NCBI GenBank assembly: GCA_965199955.1
Contig: CBDATQ010000002.1
Span: 576,001 to 640,000 of the forward strand
Direction of reading: 5' to 3'
DNA from: Spirochaetia bacterium
Lineage (GTDB): Bacteria > Spirochaetota > Spirochaetia > SZUA-6 > Bin103
Length of the DNA: 64,000 bases
A program made the position numbers and the translations under genes. Of the stretch, positions 32,251-44,811 are shown piece by piece. Every line of letters begins with the position of its first letter. Positions within the stretch are counted from its first letter, which is position 1. Below the pieces are notes generated by a model. It searched no databases. It saw only the letters and a list, made by a program, of their open reading frames with translations, and was not told where the DNA came from.

Positions 32251-32760
32251 ATGGAAGCGCTCGGAGTCTCGGTGATCGGACTGGCCGCCTATGCGGCCAA
32301 CTTCATCATCCTGGTCGTGCTCCTGCGGCTGTTCCTGTACAAGCCGGTGAAGGCGATGCTGGCCCGCCGCCAGCAGAGGATCGCGGACGGGCTGGAAGCG
32401 GCCGAGCGGGCCCAGAACGAAGCGGAAGGCCAGCGCGCCGCCTTCGAGCGCGAGCTGGCGGCCGCCCGCGAGGAGGCGCAGCAGGAGGCGCGCGCGGCCG
32501 CGGAAGCGACCGAACGCATGCGCGGCGAGGTGCTGCAGGCCGCCCGCGAGGAGGCGGATCAGATCAAGGCGCGCGCCCGCGAGGAAGCGGAGCGCGAGCG
32601 CGATCAGGTGACCGAGTCCCTGCGCCGCGAGGCGGGCGAGCTGGCGTTGCTGATCGCCGGCAAGGTGGTCGCCGAGGCGGTCGATCCGGCCGCCCACCGC
32701 GCGCTCGTCGATCGCGTGCTGGTCGATATCGACAGGGCCGACACCGGTGGGAATGAGTGA
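32251..32760 (+). CDS. atpF: F0F1 ATP synthase subunit b
   Basis: ANFIILVVLLRLFLYKPV...RRQQRI followed by coiled coil. Confidence 0.95.
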   Translation: MEALGVSVIGLAAYAANFIILVVLLRLFLYKPVKAMLARRQQRIADGLEAAERAQNEAEGQRAAFERELAAAREEAQQEARAAAEATERMRGEVLQAAREEADQIKARAREEAERERDQVTESLRREAGELALLIAGKVVAEAVDPAAHRALVDRVLVDIDRADTGGNE

Positions 32761-33098
32761 ATCCGGGTGAGCTCGCAGAACGGTACGCGAGCGCGTTCCT
32801 CGACACGCTGCAGTCCAACGGCGACATGGAGTTGCTGCCGCGCGTGGTCGCCATACTGAGGCGAAAGACCACAGCGCAGCGGGCGACCGTGACCAGCGCC
32901 GTGGAGCTTGATGCCGAGACCCGGCAGCGGGTCGAGGGGTCGGTCAGAGGCCGGTACGGCCCGGAGGTGCAGGTCCGCTACGAGATCGATCTGGAGTTGA
33001 TCGGCGGGCTCAAGATCCAAGTGGGTGACGAGGTGATCGACGGCAGCGTCGCCGCGCGACTGGGCGAGCTGGACGGCACGCTGCGACGGGCCAATTGA
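32757..33098 (+). CDS. atpH: F0F1 ATP synthase subunit delta, short form (113 aa)
   Basis: AERYASA start, [31 protein letters not shown]; located between atpF and atpA. Confidence 0.88.
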   Translation: MNPGELAERYASAFLDTLQSNGDMELLPRVVAILRRKTTAQRATVTSAVELDAETRQRVEGSVRGRYGPEVQVRYEIDLELIGGLKIQVGDEVIDGSVAARLGELDGTLRRAN

Positions 33099-33135
33099 GC
33101 GGACGGGCGAACAAGGGGACGGACAGAGCAAGCCG

Positions 33136-34671
<1,536 letters not shown>

Positions 34672-34677
34672 ACCGAC

Positions 34678-35571
34678 GTGGCATCGGTCCGCGAGATCCG
34701 GCGCCGAATCCGCAGCGTGAGCAACATCTCCCAGGTCACGCGCGCCATGCAGATGGTGGCGGCGTCGCGCATGAGGCGCGCGCAGGAGCAGGCGCTGGCC
34801 TCGCGCGCCTACGCGGCCAAGGCGTGGGAGGTGCTGATGCACCTGTCGGCGATGGTGGGCGGCGCTCCGCACCCGCTCCTGACGGAGCCGGCAGCCAGCC
34901 GCACGGCGGCGCTGGTGATCATCACCGGTGACCGGGGTCTGGCGGGCGCCTACAACGGCAACGTGATGCGGGTGGCGACCCGCTTCATGCGGGACAGCGA
35001 GCTCCGGGTCAGCACCATCGCCGTCGGCCGCAAGGGCCGGGATCTGCTCCTGCGCGGCGGCTACGAGCTGCTGGCCGAATTCGTCGACCTGCCGGCGCGG
35101 CCCACTGAAGCCGACGTGGCGCCGATCGCCGGCGTGGCGGTCGACGCGTTCCTGTCGAACGAGGTGGACCGCGTCTACGTGGCCTACAGCGACTTCATCA
35201 ACGTCCTGCGACAGGAACCGGTCGTGAGACAGCTTCTGCCGGTAGAGCCCGGCGATCCGGGCAGCCGCGTGCTCGCCGAGTTTCTGCACGGCGACCCGCC
35301 CGAGCGGACCAACCCCTACATCTACGAGCAGGGCTACGATGAGCTGGTCTCGACGATCGTGCCGCGCTTCACGCGGCTGCAGCTCTACCAGGCCCTCCTG
35401 GAAAGCCTGGCCAGCGAGCACTCGGCGCGCATGGTGGCCATGCGCAACGCGACCCAGAACGCCGAGGAGCTGGTCGGCGAGCTGACCCTGTCCTACAACA
35501 AGGCACGGCAGGAAGCCATCACCACCGAGATGCTGGACATCGTCGGCGGTGCCGAGGCACTGGCCTCGTAA
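34678..35571 (+). CDS. atpG: F0F1 ATP synthase subunit gamma
   Basis: IRRRIRSV...TRAMQMVA, DRGLAGAYN, SEHSARMVAM, RQEAITTE. Confidence 0.98.
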   Translation: MASVREIRRRIRSVSNISQVTRAMQMVAASRMRRAQEQALASRAYAAKAWEVLMHLSAMVGGAPHPLLTEPAASRTAALVIITGDRGLAGAYNGNVMRVATRFMRDSELRVSTIAVGRKGRDLLLRGGYELLAEFVDLPARPTEADVAPIAGVAVDAFLSNEVDRVYVAYSDFINVLRQEPVVRQLLPVEPGDPGSRVLAEFLHGDPPERTNPYIYEQGYDELVSTIVPRFTRLQLYQALLESLASEHSARMVAMRNATQNAEELVGELTLSYNKARQEAITTEMLDIVGGAEALAS

Positions 35572-35579
35572 ACCGATAG

Positions 35580-37019
<1,440 letters not shown>

Positions 37020-37020
37020 C

Positions 37021-37464
37021 GTGCCGATGCGGCTGGAGGTCATCACCACCGAGCGCCACGCGTTCGACGAGCAGGTTGAGATGGTCATCGCTCCCGGCGC
37101 CTCGGGCGTCCTGGGCATCCTGCCCAACCACGCGCCGCTGATGTCGGCGCTCAAGCCGGGAGCGCTCGAGGTGAGGATGGCCGGTCAGGAGCCCCGCTTC
37201 ATCGTCGTCGGCGGCGGCTTCATGGAAGTGCAGCCCGACCATGTCGTGGTGCTGGCGGACAGTGCCGAGCACGGCCACGAGATCGACCTGGAGCGCGCCC
37301 GCGAGGCGCGACGCGCCGCACACGAGCACATGGAGCGCGAGCGTGCAGGCGACCGTGCGGCGTTCGAGGAAGCCCTGCACACCTTGCTGCACTCGGAGGC
37401 GCGGTTGCACGCCGCCGAAACCCATCATCGGCGGTCGGCATCCGGCGCGCCCCCCCGCGCCTGA
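37021..37464 (+). CDS. atpC: F0F1 ATP synthase subunit epsilon
   Basis: GVLGILPNHAPL, GGFMEV, VVLADSAE...EIDLERA. Confidence 0.96.
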   Translation: MPMRLEVITTERHAFDEQVEMVIAPGASGVLGILPNHAPLMSALKPGALEVRMAGQEPRFIVVGGGFMEVQPDHVVVLADSAEHGHEIDLERAREARRAAHEHMERERAGDRAAFEEALHTLLHSEARLHAAETHHRRSASGAPPRA

Positions 37465-37487
37465 CCGGCAAGAGGCGGTTCGGGGTA

Positions 37488-38585
37488 CTACGGGAGCGCG
37501 AAGATCGCGGCCTGCAAGCCGGCCGTAGCCTTCTGGTGCTCGCCCGACCGTCGCTCGACGATGACCAGGAGCTCCTCGAGATGGGCCGCCGAGAATCCCT
37601 GCGGGCTGGCTGGATCGACCAGCACCGACTTGCGGTATGTGCCCTGCTGACCCGGTTCGTCTGCGGGATGGATGAGAGCTATCCGGTGACGTCCGCCAGG
37701 CTCATCGTCCGAGTCATCGATCACGAACTCGTCGATCACGAAGCTGAACCCAGCCGGACGCGGGAGGAAATACAGAGACGTGGTGCCGATCGCCAGCGTC
37801 ACGGCGGTCGTCGGGCCCAGTCCGTCGTCGGCCACGGGCGCAAACAGCACCTCGCTCGACGAAGGCAGGTGCCACAGAACGTACGGGATCCCGTCCGCGC
37901 ACCCGGCGAAGTGCGCGCCGACGCCGTCAATGAGTGGCTGGTACGATCCGTCACCGCGGTGCCGGACCAGGGAGGCGCCGGCCGCAGGCGCGACGAACGA
38001 CGCGCTGCCCGCGCACGGGACCGGCCAGACGAGGCGCGGGTGATCGGCCATCCCCTCCGGCCGGTGTCTGCCCGAGCCCGAGACCGCGGACAGCTCGACC
38101 ACCGCCGGACCGTGCGGGGTTGCCGTGACCAGCAGCAGATCGCCCGAATCCTGCGGCATCAGCGCGCGCGGCGTGCCCTCGAACACCGGGGAAGTCACCC
38201 ACCAGCCTTCCTCGTCCGCGTCCCGATGGACCCACTTCGGGATCAGCGCATCGGGTTGGTGCTGATCCAGGTAGATCACGTGCTGCCGGCCGACGTGCAC
38301 GGCGTAGGCGTGCACCCCGAACGCGGTGAGATCGGACGGGTAGATGCCGACCGCATCGATGGTCTCCAGGGTGAGCCGGTTGCGGCGGGGATCGAGCCGC
38401 GCGAGCTGCAGCGTCAGCGTGTCCAGGCTCGCGAACAGCACGTGCAGTTCGTCGTCCACCGTCGCGAGCGTCAGCGGCGCCGCCACCTGATCCTCGCTCA
38501 GCACTGCGATGTGGCGCGGCGCGAGCCCCGCCGGCTCCTGCCGGCAGGCGGCAGCGAGCGCCGCCACGGCGATGAGCGTGAGCAC
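37488..38585 (-). CDS. Hypothetical lipoprotein
   Basis: Lipobox-like LAAAC after hydrophobic stretch; fills gap between atpC and divergent gene; start uncertain (GTG 38585 or 38639). Confidence 0.6.
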   Translation of the reverse strand: MLTLIAVAALAAACRQEPAGLAPRHIAVLSEDQVAAPLTLATVDDELHVLFASLDTLTLQLARLDPRRNRLTLETIDAVGIYPSDLTAFGVHAYAVHVGRQHVIYLDQHQPDALIPKWVHRDADEEGWWVTSPVFEGTPRALMPQDSGDLLLVTATPHGPAVVELSAVSGSGRHRPEGMADHPRLVWPVPCAGSASFVAPAAGASLVRHRGDGSYQPLIDGVGAHFAGCADGIPYVLWHLPSSSEVLFAPVADDGLGPTTAVTLAIGTTSLYFLPRPAGFSFVIDEFVIDDSDDEPGGRHRIALIHPADEPGQQGTYRKSVLVDPASPQGFSAAHLEELLVIVERRSGEHQKATAGLQAAIFALP

Positions 38586-38648
38586 GCGACCGTGGCGTAC
38601 GCCGAGGGGACGTAGCCGAACGGCGTCATGGTGCGGCACACTGCCGGT

Positions 38649-39059
38649 ATGCGCGTGGGGGTAGTCTTCTTCGCTGACCGTAACCGGCAGAGCCTGCTGG
38701 CGCTGGCTCGGGCCCTTGGAGCGGGTCTGGAGTCGCAGGGCCATCAGGTTGAGGTCGTCGACGGCACGCGCGACGTCAACACGAAGCTGACGTCCCACCA
38801 GTACGCCATCGTGGGCACCGAATCGCTGTCGATCACCGGCAAGATACCGGCCCGCGTGGCGCCGTTCCTGGCTGGCGCCGGGCTGATACAGGGGAAGCGG
38901 TGCTATGCGTTCGTGGCCAAGTCCTTTCTCGGTTCCAATCGCGCCCTGATAAAGCTGATGCGCGCCATGGAGCACGAGGGCATGTACCTGAAGAACTCCG
39001 GCGTGCTGAAGTCTCCGGAGGAGGCGCGGGCGATCGGCGCCAATCTGCGCGTCGGCTGA
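38649..39059 (+). CDS. Hypothetical flavodoxin-like-fold protein (spirochaete-type)
   Basis: MRVGVVFF...LARALGAGLESQGHQVEVVD alpha/beta pattern; LMRAMEHEGM motif. Confidence 0.7.
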   Translation: MRVGVVFFADRNRQSLLALARALGAGLESQGHQVEVVDGTRDVNTKLTSHQYAIVGTESLSITGKIPARVAPFLAGAGLIQGKRCYAFVAKSFLGSNRALIKLMRAMEHEGMYLKNSGVLKSPEEARAIGANLRVG

Positions 39060-39074
39060 GCGGACGCGGGGAAG

Positions 39075-39974
39075 CTACTCCTTCCAGGGGAAGATCATCC
39101 CGCGCAGCGTGCGCACGCCTACCTGCTCGCGATCCTCGGCCAACAGCGCGTCCCACGGTATCCGAACCCGGCGGCGCCGCCGTCCTCCGGCATCGCTGCC
39201 GCCGGCCTGCTCGACCTGAACGGCATCCTCGCCTTCCTGATCGGCGCTGGCCTGCTGCCGCGTCTCCAGGAAGTCGTACTTGTACATGCGCAGCTTGAAG
39301 GCGACCGTCAGCAACAGCACCGCGCTGGCCGGCCCCGGCAGCAGCAGCATCGGCGATCCGAACGCCAGCAGCCGGGTGGGCGCCCCCAGGAACAGCAGCA
39401 GGAACAGTCCGAGCAGGTACGGAGCCGACACGTTCAGCGCGATGAACAGCCCAACCGTGTACCCGGTATTGTCGAACAGCACCGTGAAGCACTTGCGGAG
39501 CGTCTTGCCGAACGGATCGCCCATCCGCGTGATGAGCGGGAAGAACGACTGCAGCGACAGCAACCAGAACACCGCCGCCCAACCCAGCAGTCCGAGCGCG
39601 ACCAGGCCGATGGTCGACTGGGTGTAGACGGGCACGGCGATCACCAGCAGGAAGAGAAACACCGCTGCGTTGATGATCACCAGCAGCACGGCCGGCAGCC
39701 AGCGGGCGCGGATGGCGTCCAGGAAGATCCTCCATTCCGGGGTCTTGTAGTCGGCGAGATCGCTGGCGATCGCCGCCGTGCCCATGGTGAACACCGAGAG
39801 CGCGGCCGAACCCAGTACCAGGACGGCGAAGTAGGCGAGCTGGGCTTGCGGAACGGCGCTCAGCAGAAAGCCGGTTCCACTGATGATCAGCACGTATCCG
39901 AGGTTCAGAGCGAAGATGCGGAACAGGTTGTCCCACATGTCGAAGAACGCCTTCTTGATCAGAAACGGGAACAT
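39075..39974 (-). CDS. Hypothetical integral membrane protein
   Basis: MFPFLIKKAFFDMWDNL start, several TM helices, KYDFLE and IPWDALL...IFPWKE tail. Confidence 0.8.
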   Translation of the reverse strand: MFPFLIKKAFFDMWDNLFRIFALNLGYVLIISGTGFLLSAVPQAQLAYFAVLVLGSAALSVFTMGTAAIASDLADYKTPEWRIFLDAIRARWLPAVLLVIINAAVFLFLLVIAVPVYTQSTIGLVALGLLGWAAVFWLLSLQSFFPLITRMGDPFGKTLRKCFTVLFDNTGYTVGLFIALNVSAPYLLGLFLLLFLGAPTRLLAFGSPMLLLPGPASAVLLLTVAFKLRMYKYDFLETRQQASADQEGEDAVQVEQAGGSDAGGRRRRRVRIPWDALLAEDREQVGVRTLRGMIFPWKE

Positions 39975-40061
39975 GCGCGGGGACTCAGTGTACCCGTCGA
40001 CGGGCGGCAGCTCAATTTGACCGCCGGACGGCCGGCGGCTACCCTGAGCGCGGAGTGACGG

Positions 40062-40895
40062 GTGAGTGCAGCGAACCACACCCGAAGGGTGGAGGACTAC
40101 TACCGGCTCCTCGGTGCCGACCCGGAGGACTCACAGGAGCGGATCAAGCGCTGCTTCCGCCAGCGCGCCAAGGAGCTGCATCCCGACCTCACAGTGCTCG
40201 CCGAGGATCAGGCGGAGTCGCGCATGCGACGGTTGCTCGATGCGTACCGCGTTCTCGGCGACCCGGAACGGCGCCGCGACTACGATCGGCTGTACGGCCA
40301 CGCGCTGCGCCGGCGCCGCTTCGATTACCGGTCGTTCCTGCGCGCCCGCGCCGATCCGGTGAGTCTGGCCAAGCTGGTGCTGTACGACCTGATGCGCTCA
40401 CGCGACCGGGAGGCGCTTGCCACGTTCGGTCAGCTCGAAGAGCACATCGAATCCGATCTGGCGGCGCTGCTCGACTATGACGACTTCATGGATTGCGCAT
40501 ACCTGCTGGCCGAGGCGTTGGAGCGTGACGGCGCATACGGCAAGGCGTGCGAGTACTACATGCGTGTCTACCACGCAGAGGCAAGCCGTCCCTACTTTCG
40601 CCACTTCATCGCGGAAGTGGTCGAGCGCCTGCGGGAAGTGGCGTGCGTCAAGATGGCCGGGACCGCGGCGACGGCGGACTCCGTGCGCTGGATCGAGAAG
40701 TTGATTCGCCTCAACCTGTCCGACCGGGAGTCGGCGTTCTTCTGCAAGCGCATCGCCGAGATCTACTCCGAGGTAGGGGACCTGGAGGCGGCGCGGCGCT
40801 ACCTGGAGCGGGCGCTGAGTCTGGACGAACGGATTGCCGGCGTGAAGAAGCTCAAGGAGCGGGTCGGCCTGCGCGAACGGGTCATGCACGCATGA
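40062..40895 (+). CDS. DnaJ-domain / TPR protein
   Basis: DYYRLLG...AKELHPD J-domain; AYRVLGDPERRRDYD; C-terminal TPR-like helices. Confidence 0.9.
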   Translation: MSAANHTRRVEDYYRLLGADPEDSQERIKRCFRQRAKELHPDLTVLAEDQAESRMRRLLDAYRVLGDPERRRDYDRLYGHALRRRRFDYRSFLRARADPVSLAKLVLYDLMRSRDREALATFGQLEEHIESDLAALLDYDDFMDCAYLLAEALERDGAYGKACEYYMRVYHAEASRPYFRHFIAEVVERLREVACVKMAGTAATADSVRWIEKLIRLNLSDRESAFFCKRIAEIYSEVGDLEAARRYLERALSLDERIAGVKKLKERVGLRERVMHA

Positions 40896-40943
40896 CCGGC
40901 AGGCGAGGTTAGTATCCTGAACGTAAAGTAGTATTCTGAAGGT

Positions 40944-42074
40944 ATGAGGCAACTGTTCATACGGCACGGCGCTCAGACGGCGCGGGTACGAGGGCTTGGG
41001 GCCGTGGCCCTGGCCGCGGCCGGCATAGCGTTGATGAGCGCCGCGGCGGCTTGGCCGCAGTCGATCGCCAGAACGGTGGCCACCCTGGATCTGCACAAGC
41101 CGCAGATCATCTCCTCGCCTCAGTTTACGGCGTACGCCAGCATGGTGGCGCGCCAGAACGGGCTTGATGCGCTGGATTCGGCGCAATGCAGGACGGTGCT
41201 CGACGCGCTCATCGACGAGCTCCTCATCGAGCAGGAGGCCGCCGAACGGCGCCTGATCCCCACGGAAGCCGAAATCGACCAACAGGTGGTCGCGCGGCGC
41301 AGGCAGGTTGAACAGCAGCTTGGCGTCGATCAGCCGTATACGGATGAGGCGTGGCGGGCGGTCATCCAGCAGCGTATGGGCCTGACCCCGGAAGAGTATC
41401 GGGACCGACTCACCGCGATCACCATCACGGAGCGCCTGGCGGCGCAGATGCATCCGGGCCGGCTGGAAGCGGTCGAGCTTCCGTCGGAGGCACAGATCGC
41501 CGAGTTCTACGACATGAACGTCCATCAATTCGTTCAGCCGAAGATGGCGCTGGTGCTCCACATCCACTTCAGAACCCAGGGTCTGGACGAGGCCGCCGCA
41601 AAACGGGCACGGGAGCGCGCGGAGGAGGCGCTGACGGAGTTGCGCGACGGCGCTTCGTTCGACGAATTGGTGGTGAAGTACTCCGACGATGGGAATTCCC
41701 GCTACAGCGGCGGCGAGCTCGGCAGTCGCTACCTTCGCCGGGACGACCCCAACGGACTGGAAACCCTGGGCGCGGAGTTTCTGGACACCGTGTTCTCCCT
41801 GGAGGTCGGAGAGACCAGCGAGGTGGTGGTGTCCCACGTCGGCCTCCACATCCTCAGGGTTGCCGACCTCATCGACGCCCGCCTGCTCACCCTGGACGAC
41901 CCGGTGACGCCGCGCTCCTCGCAGACGGTACGCGGACAGATCACCGCTTTGCTTGCGACCAACCGTCAGGTGAGCACCTCACAGCAGGTGGTCCAGGAAG
42001 TCATCACGGAACTGCGTGATCGGGCTGATGTCGACGTCGTCACCGACAACCTCGAAGCCATCTGCTCGGCATAG
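40944..42074 (+). CDS. SurA/PrsA-like parvulin peptidyl-prolyl isomerase
   Basis: Signal peptide; VLDALIDELLIEQEA; HIHF, FDELVVKYSDD, GGELG, SHVGLHIL. Confidence 0.88.
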   Translation: MRQLFIRHGAQTARVRGLGAVALAAAGIALMSAAAAWPQSIARTVATLDLHKPQIISSPQFTAYASMVARQNGLDALDSAQCRTVLDALIDELLIEQEAAERRLIPTEAEIDQQVVARRRQVEQQLGVDQPYTDEAWRAVIQQRMGLTPEEYRDRLTAITITERLAAQMHPGRLEAVELPSEAQIAEFYDMNVHQFVQPKMALVLHIHFRTQGLDEAAAKRARERAEEALTELRDGASFDELVVKYSDDGNSRYSGGELGSRYLRRDDPNGLETLGAEFLDTVFSLEVGETSEVVVSHVGLHILRVADLIDARLLTLDDPVTPRSSQTVRGQITALLATNRQVSTSQQVVQEVITELRDRADVDVVTDNLEAICSA

Positions 42075-42094
42075 CAGTTCCTGAGCAAGCCGTC

Positions 42095-42520
42095 GTGCGT
42101 GATGCGAGCGGCCGCCGCAGTGCCCGCGTGCTCGCGGTGCAGTCCCTGTACCGGTACGACCTGTGCGGGGGCTCGGTCGCCGACGTCGTGGACCTGTCGT
42201 GGATGGACGCCGTGCAGCGCGACTCCCTGAGTGACGAAACCTGCGCCTTTGCCAGGCTGCTGGTCGCTGGCAGCATCGAGAACCTGCAGGCCGTCGACGG
42301 CTGCATCGACCGGCAGCTCGAGCACTGGGACCTGGAACGCCTCTCCCGAGTCGACCTGGCGATTCTGCGGATGAGCGTGTACTGCCTGATGCATCAGCGG
42401 GATGTCCCCCCGTCCGTGGTCATCAACGAGGCGGTGGAGATCGCCAAGCGGTACGGCACCGACGACTCGTACCGATTCGTCAACGGCGTGCTGGACGGTG
42501 TTCGGAAGCGGGTGGCGTGA
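42095..42520 (+). CDS. nusB: Transcription antitermination factor NusB
   Basis: RRSARVLAVQSLY, WDLERLSRVDLAILR, INEAVEIAKRY, FVNGVLD. Confidence 0.96.
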   Translation: MRDASGRRSARVLAVQSLYRYDLCGGSVADVVDLSWMDAVQRDSLSDETCAFARLLVAGSIENLQAVDGCIDRQLEHWDLERLSRVDLAILRMSVYCLMHQRDVPPSVVINEAVEIAKRYGTDDSYRFVNGVLDGVRKRVA

Positions 42521-42644
42521 GCACGTTCGAGAACGCGTGATGAGCGCACGAGGCCGCCGCCGCCGCCGCTCCTCATCGGGGCCGGGCGGCTCTCCCCGGT
42601 TTCCCGGCCGCCCGCGCCGTGCGTCGGACGCCGACGCACCCGCG

Positions 42645-43394
42645 ATGACCCGGCTGAAGAGCGAAGCCGATCTGCAGGGCATTCGCGAGTCGGCGCGCAT
42701 CCTCTCGGAGACGCTGCGGCTGGTCGCCGAGCGGGTCGAGCCCGGAGTCACCACGGCCGAGCTCGACGACATCGCCCGGTCACACATCGAGGCGAGGGGG
42801 GCCCGGCCCGCGTTTCTGGGCTACCTGGACTACCCGGCGACGCTGTGCGTGTCCATCAACGAGGAGGTGATCCACGGCATCCCCGGCCGGCGGAGGATGG
42901 CAGCGGGCGACATCGTCGGCATCGACTGCGGGGTGGACCGCTCCGGCTGCTTCAGTGACGCCGCACTGACGCTGCCGGTCGGAAGCGTTGCACCGGGCAC
43001 CGCGTCGCTGCTCGACGTGACGCGCGAGTGCCTTCGGCAGGCGGTAGCCGCGGCCGTCCCGGGCAACCGCCTGCGCGATGTCGCCAACGCCGTCTACCGG
43101 TACGCGAGCGCTCGTGGATACGGCGTCGTGCGCCAGTTCTGTGGCCACGGCGTCGGCTTCTCCCCGCATGAGGATCCGCAGGTGCCCAATTACCCGTCCC
43201 CGGGGAGCAACTCCCGCATCAAGCCGGGCATGGTGTTGGCGATCGAACCGATGATCACCGAGGGCACGTGGGAGGTCGAGGTGCTGGACGACGGATGGAC
43301 CGTCGTCACCGCCGATCGCAAGCGTGCCGCGCACTTCGAGCACACCGTGGCGATTCTTTCCGACCGCGCCGAGGTGCTGACCATGCACCCGTGA
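42645..43394 (+). CDS. map: Methionine aminopeptidase type I
   Basis: CVSINEEVIHGIP, IDCG, DAA, GHGVG, HEDP, AIEPM, AHFEHT. Confidence 0.96.
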   Translation: MTRLKSEADLQGIRESARILSETLRLVAERVEPGVTTAELDDIARSHIEARGARPAFLGYLDYPATLCVSINEEVIHGIPGRRRMAAGDIVGIDCGVDRSGCFSDAALTLPVGSVAPGTASLLDVTRECLRQAVAAAVPGNRLRDVANAVYRYASARGYGVVRQFCGHGVGFSPHEDPQVPNYPSPGSNSRIKPGMVLAIEPMITEGTWEVEVLDDGWTVVTADRKRAAHFEHTVAILSDRAEVLTMHP

Positions 43395-44776
43395 GTTGCG
43401 GCTGCCGTCTTCGGAGGTTGAGCACGCTGAGGAGTCTGCCGGGCGCGGCCCTGCTGCTGGCGGCGGTTGCGAACCTGGGTGCACAGGACGCCGCGGCCGC
43501 GCCGACCGCCGACGCGGCGAGCCCGGCACCGGCCGTGCTGATCGATCTTCAGCAGGCGGTGCGCCACGTGGCCGAATCGGTCACGCCGTCGGTGGTGAAG
43601 CTGGACACCGTGGCCGCCGGCCGGGACCGCGACTCCCGCCCGAACCTCATGCCCGTGCCCGGGGTCGGATCCGGGGTGCTGGTGCGCCGTGACGGCGACC
43701 GGCACTTCATCCTTACCAACTACCATGTGGTGAGGTCTGCGGAGCGGATCGTCGTGACGCTCAGTGACGAACGCAGCTTTCCGGGGGAGGTGGTCGGCGC
43801 CGACACCCGCATGGACTTGGCGATGGTGGCCGTGCGGGCGCCGGGCGAGCTGCCGCTCGCCGCTCTGGGCGACTCCGACACCCTGCGAGCGGGCGATCTG
43901 GTGCTGGCCGTCGGCAGTCCGTTCGGCCTCGACGCCACGCTCACGCTCGGCATCGTCAGCGCGGTCGGCCGTTCGGGAGGCGAAGTCGGCAACATCAGCA
44001 GCTTCATCCAGACCGACGCCACCATGAACCCGGGCAGCTCCGGTGGCGCGCTGGTGGATATCACCGGTCGCGTGGTAGGCATCAACACTTGGATCCAGGC
44101 GCATGGCAGCCGTTGGGCGGGGGTCGGGTTCGCCTTGCCGATCAACAATGCCAAGCGGGTCATCGACCAGTTGATCGAGGACGGAAGCGTCAGCTACGCA
44201 TGGCTCGGCGTTGTCTTTGCCGGCCCGGCCGACCCGGATATCGTCGAATACCTGACGCCCGGGGGCTCGGGCGCCGTCCTCTTTGACCTCTACGACGGCG
44301 AGCCGGCCCAGCGCGCGGGACTGCGCCCCGGTGACGTGGTGCTGGAAGTCGCCGGACAGGAAGTCGCCGACAGCGACGATCTGATCAGCGCCATCGTCGC
44401 GCTGGAACCCGGGCAGCCCGCGCGGTTCCGGCTGATGCGCGACGGTATCGAGCGGGCCGTCGTGGTGTGGCCAGGAGCGGAGGAGCCGCAGCCGGGAACG
44501 GTCTGGCCCGGCGTGCGGGTCCAGTCGCTGCAGGTCCTGACGGAACAGGCTCGGGCGGCGCTGCCGGAAGCGGGTGCGTTCGTGTCCAGGGTGGTCTCCG
44601 GCAGTGCCGCCATGGAGTCCGGGCTGCGGCCCCAGGACGTGATCGTCCGCATCGACGGCGCGGAGATCCGCGGCCTGCGTGACTTCTACCGGCTGATCAA
44701 CACCAGGCAGGAGGGCTCGTTCGACATGCGCGTGGTGCGCGACGGCCGAGAGGTGACCATGCGCGTGAATCGCTGA
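43391..44776 (+). CDS. HtrA/DegP-like serine protease with two PDZ domains
   Basis: GSG, TNYHV, DLA, QTDATMNPGSSGG triad; two PDZ (PAQRAGLRPGD, AAMESGLRPQD); start uncertain. Confidence 0.92.
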   Translation: MSCGCRLRRLSTLRSLPGAALLLAAVANLGAQDAAAAPTADAASPAPAVLIDLQQAVRHVAESVTPSVVKLDTVAAGRDRDSRPNLMPVPGVGSGVLVRRDGDRHFILTNYHVVRSAERIVVTLSDERSFPGEVVGADTRMDLAMVAVRAPGELPLAALGDSDTLRAGDLVLAVGSPFGLDATLTLGIVSAVGRSGGEVGNISSFIQTDATMNPGSSGGALVDITGRVVGINTWIQAHGSRWAGVGFALPINNAKRVIDQLIEDGSVSYAWLGVVFAGPADPDIVEYLTPGGSGAVLFDLYDGEPAQRAGLRPGDVVLEVAGQEVADSDDLISAIVALEPGQPARFRLMRDGIERAVVVWPGAEEPQPGTVWPGVRVQSLQVLTEQARAALPEAGAFVSRVVSGSAAMESGLRPQDVIVRIDGAEIRGLRDFYRLINTRQEGSFDMRVVRDGREVTMRVNR

Positions 44777-44783
44777 GGGTACG

Positions 44784-44811
44784 GCCGGTCTCCCGGCGGC
44801 GGGAGACCGGC
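44784..44811. terminator. Perfect 12-bp GC hairpin between convergent genes (probable bidirectional terminator, no U-tract)
   Basis: GCCGGTCTCCCG-gcgg-CGGGAGACCGGC between htrA stop and lipoprotein stop. Confidence 0.7.

Noticed and set aside
44020..44050. HtrA GSSGG instead of GNSGG as an inactive protease
   Set aside because: Catalytic Ser, His and Asp are all retained
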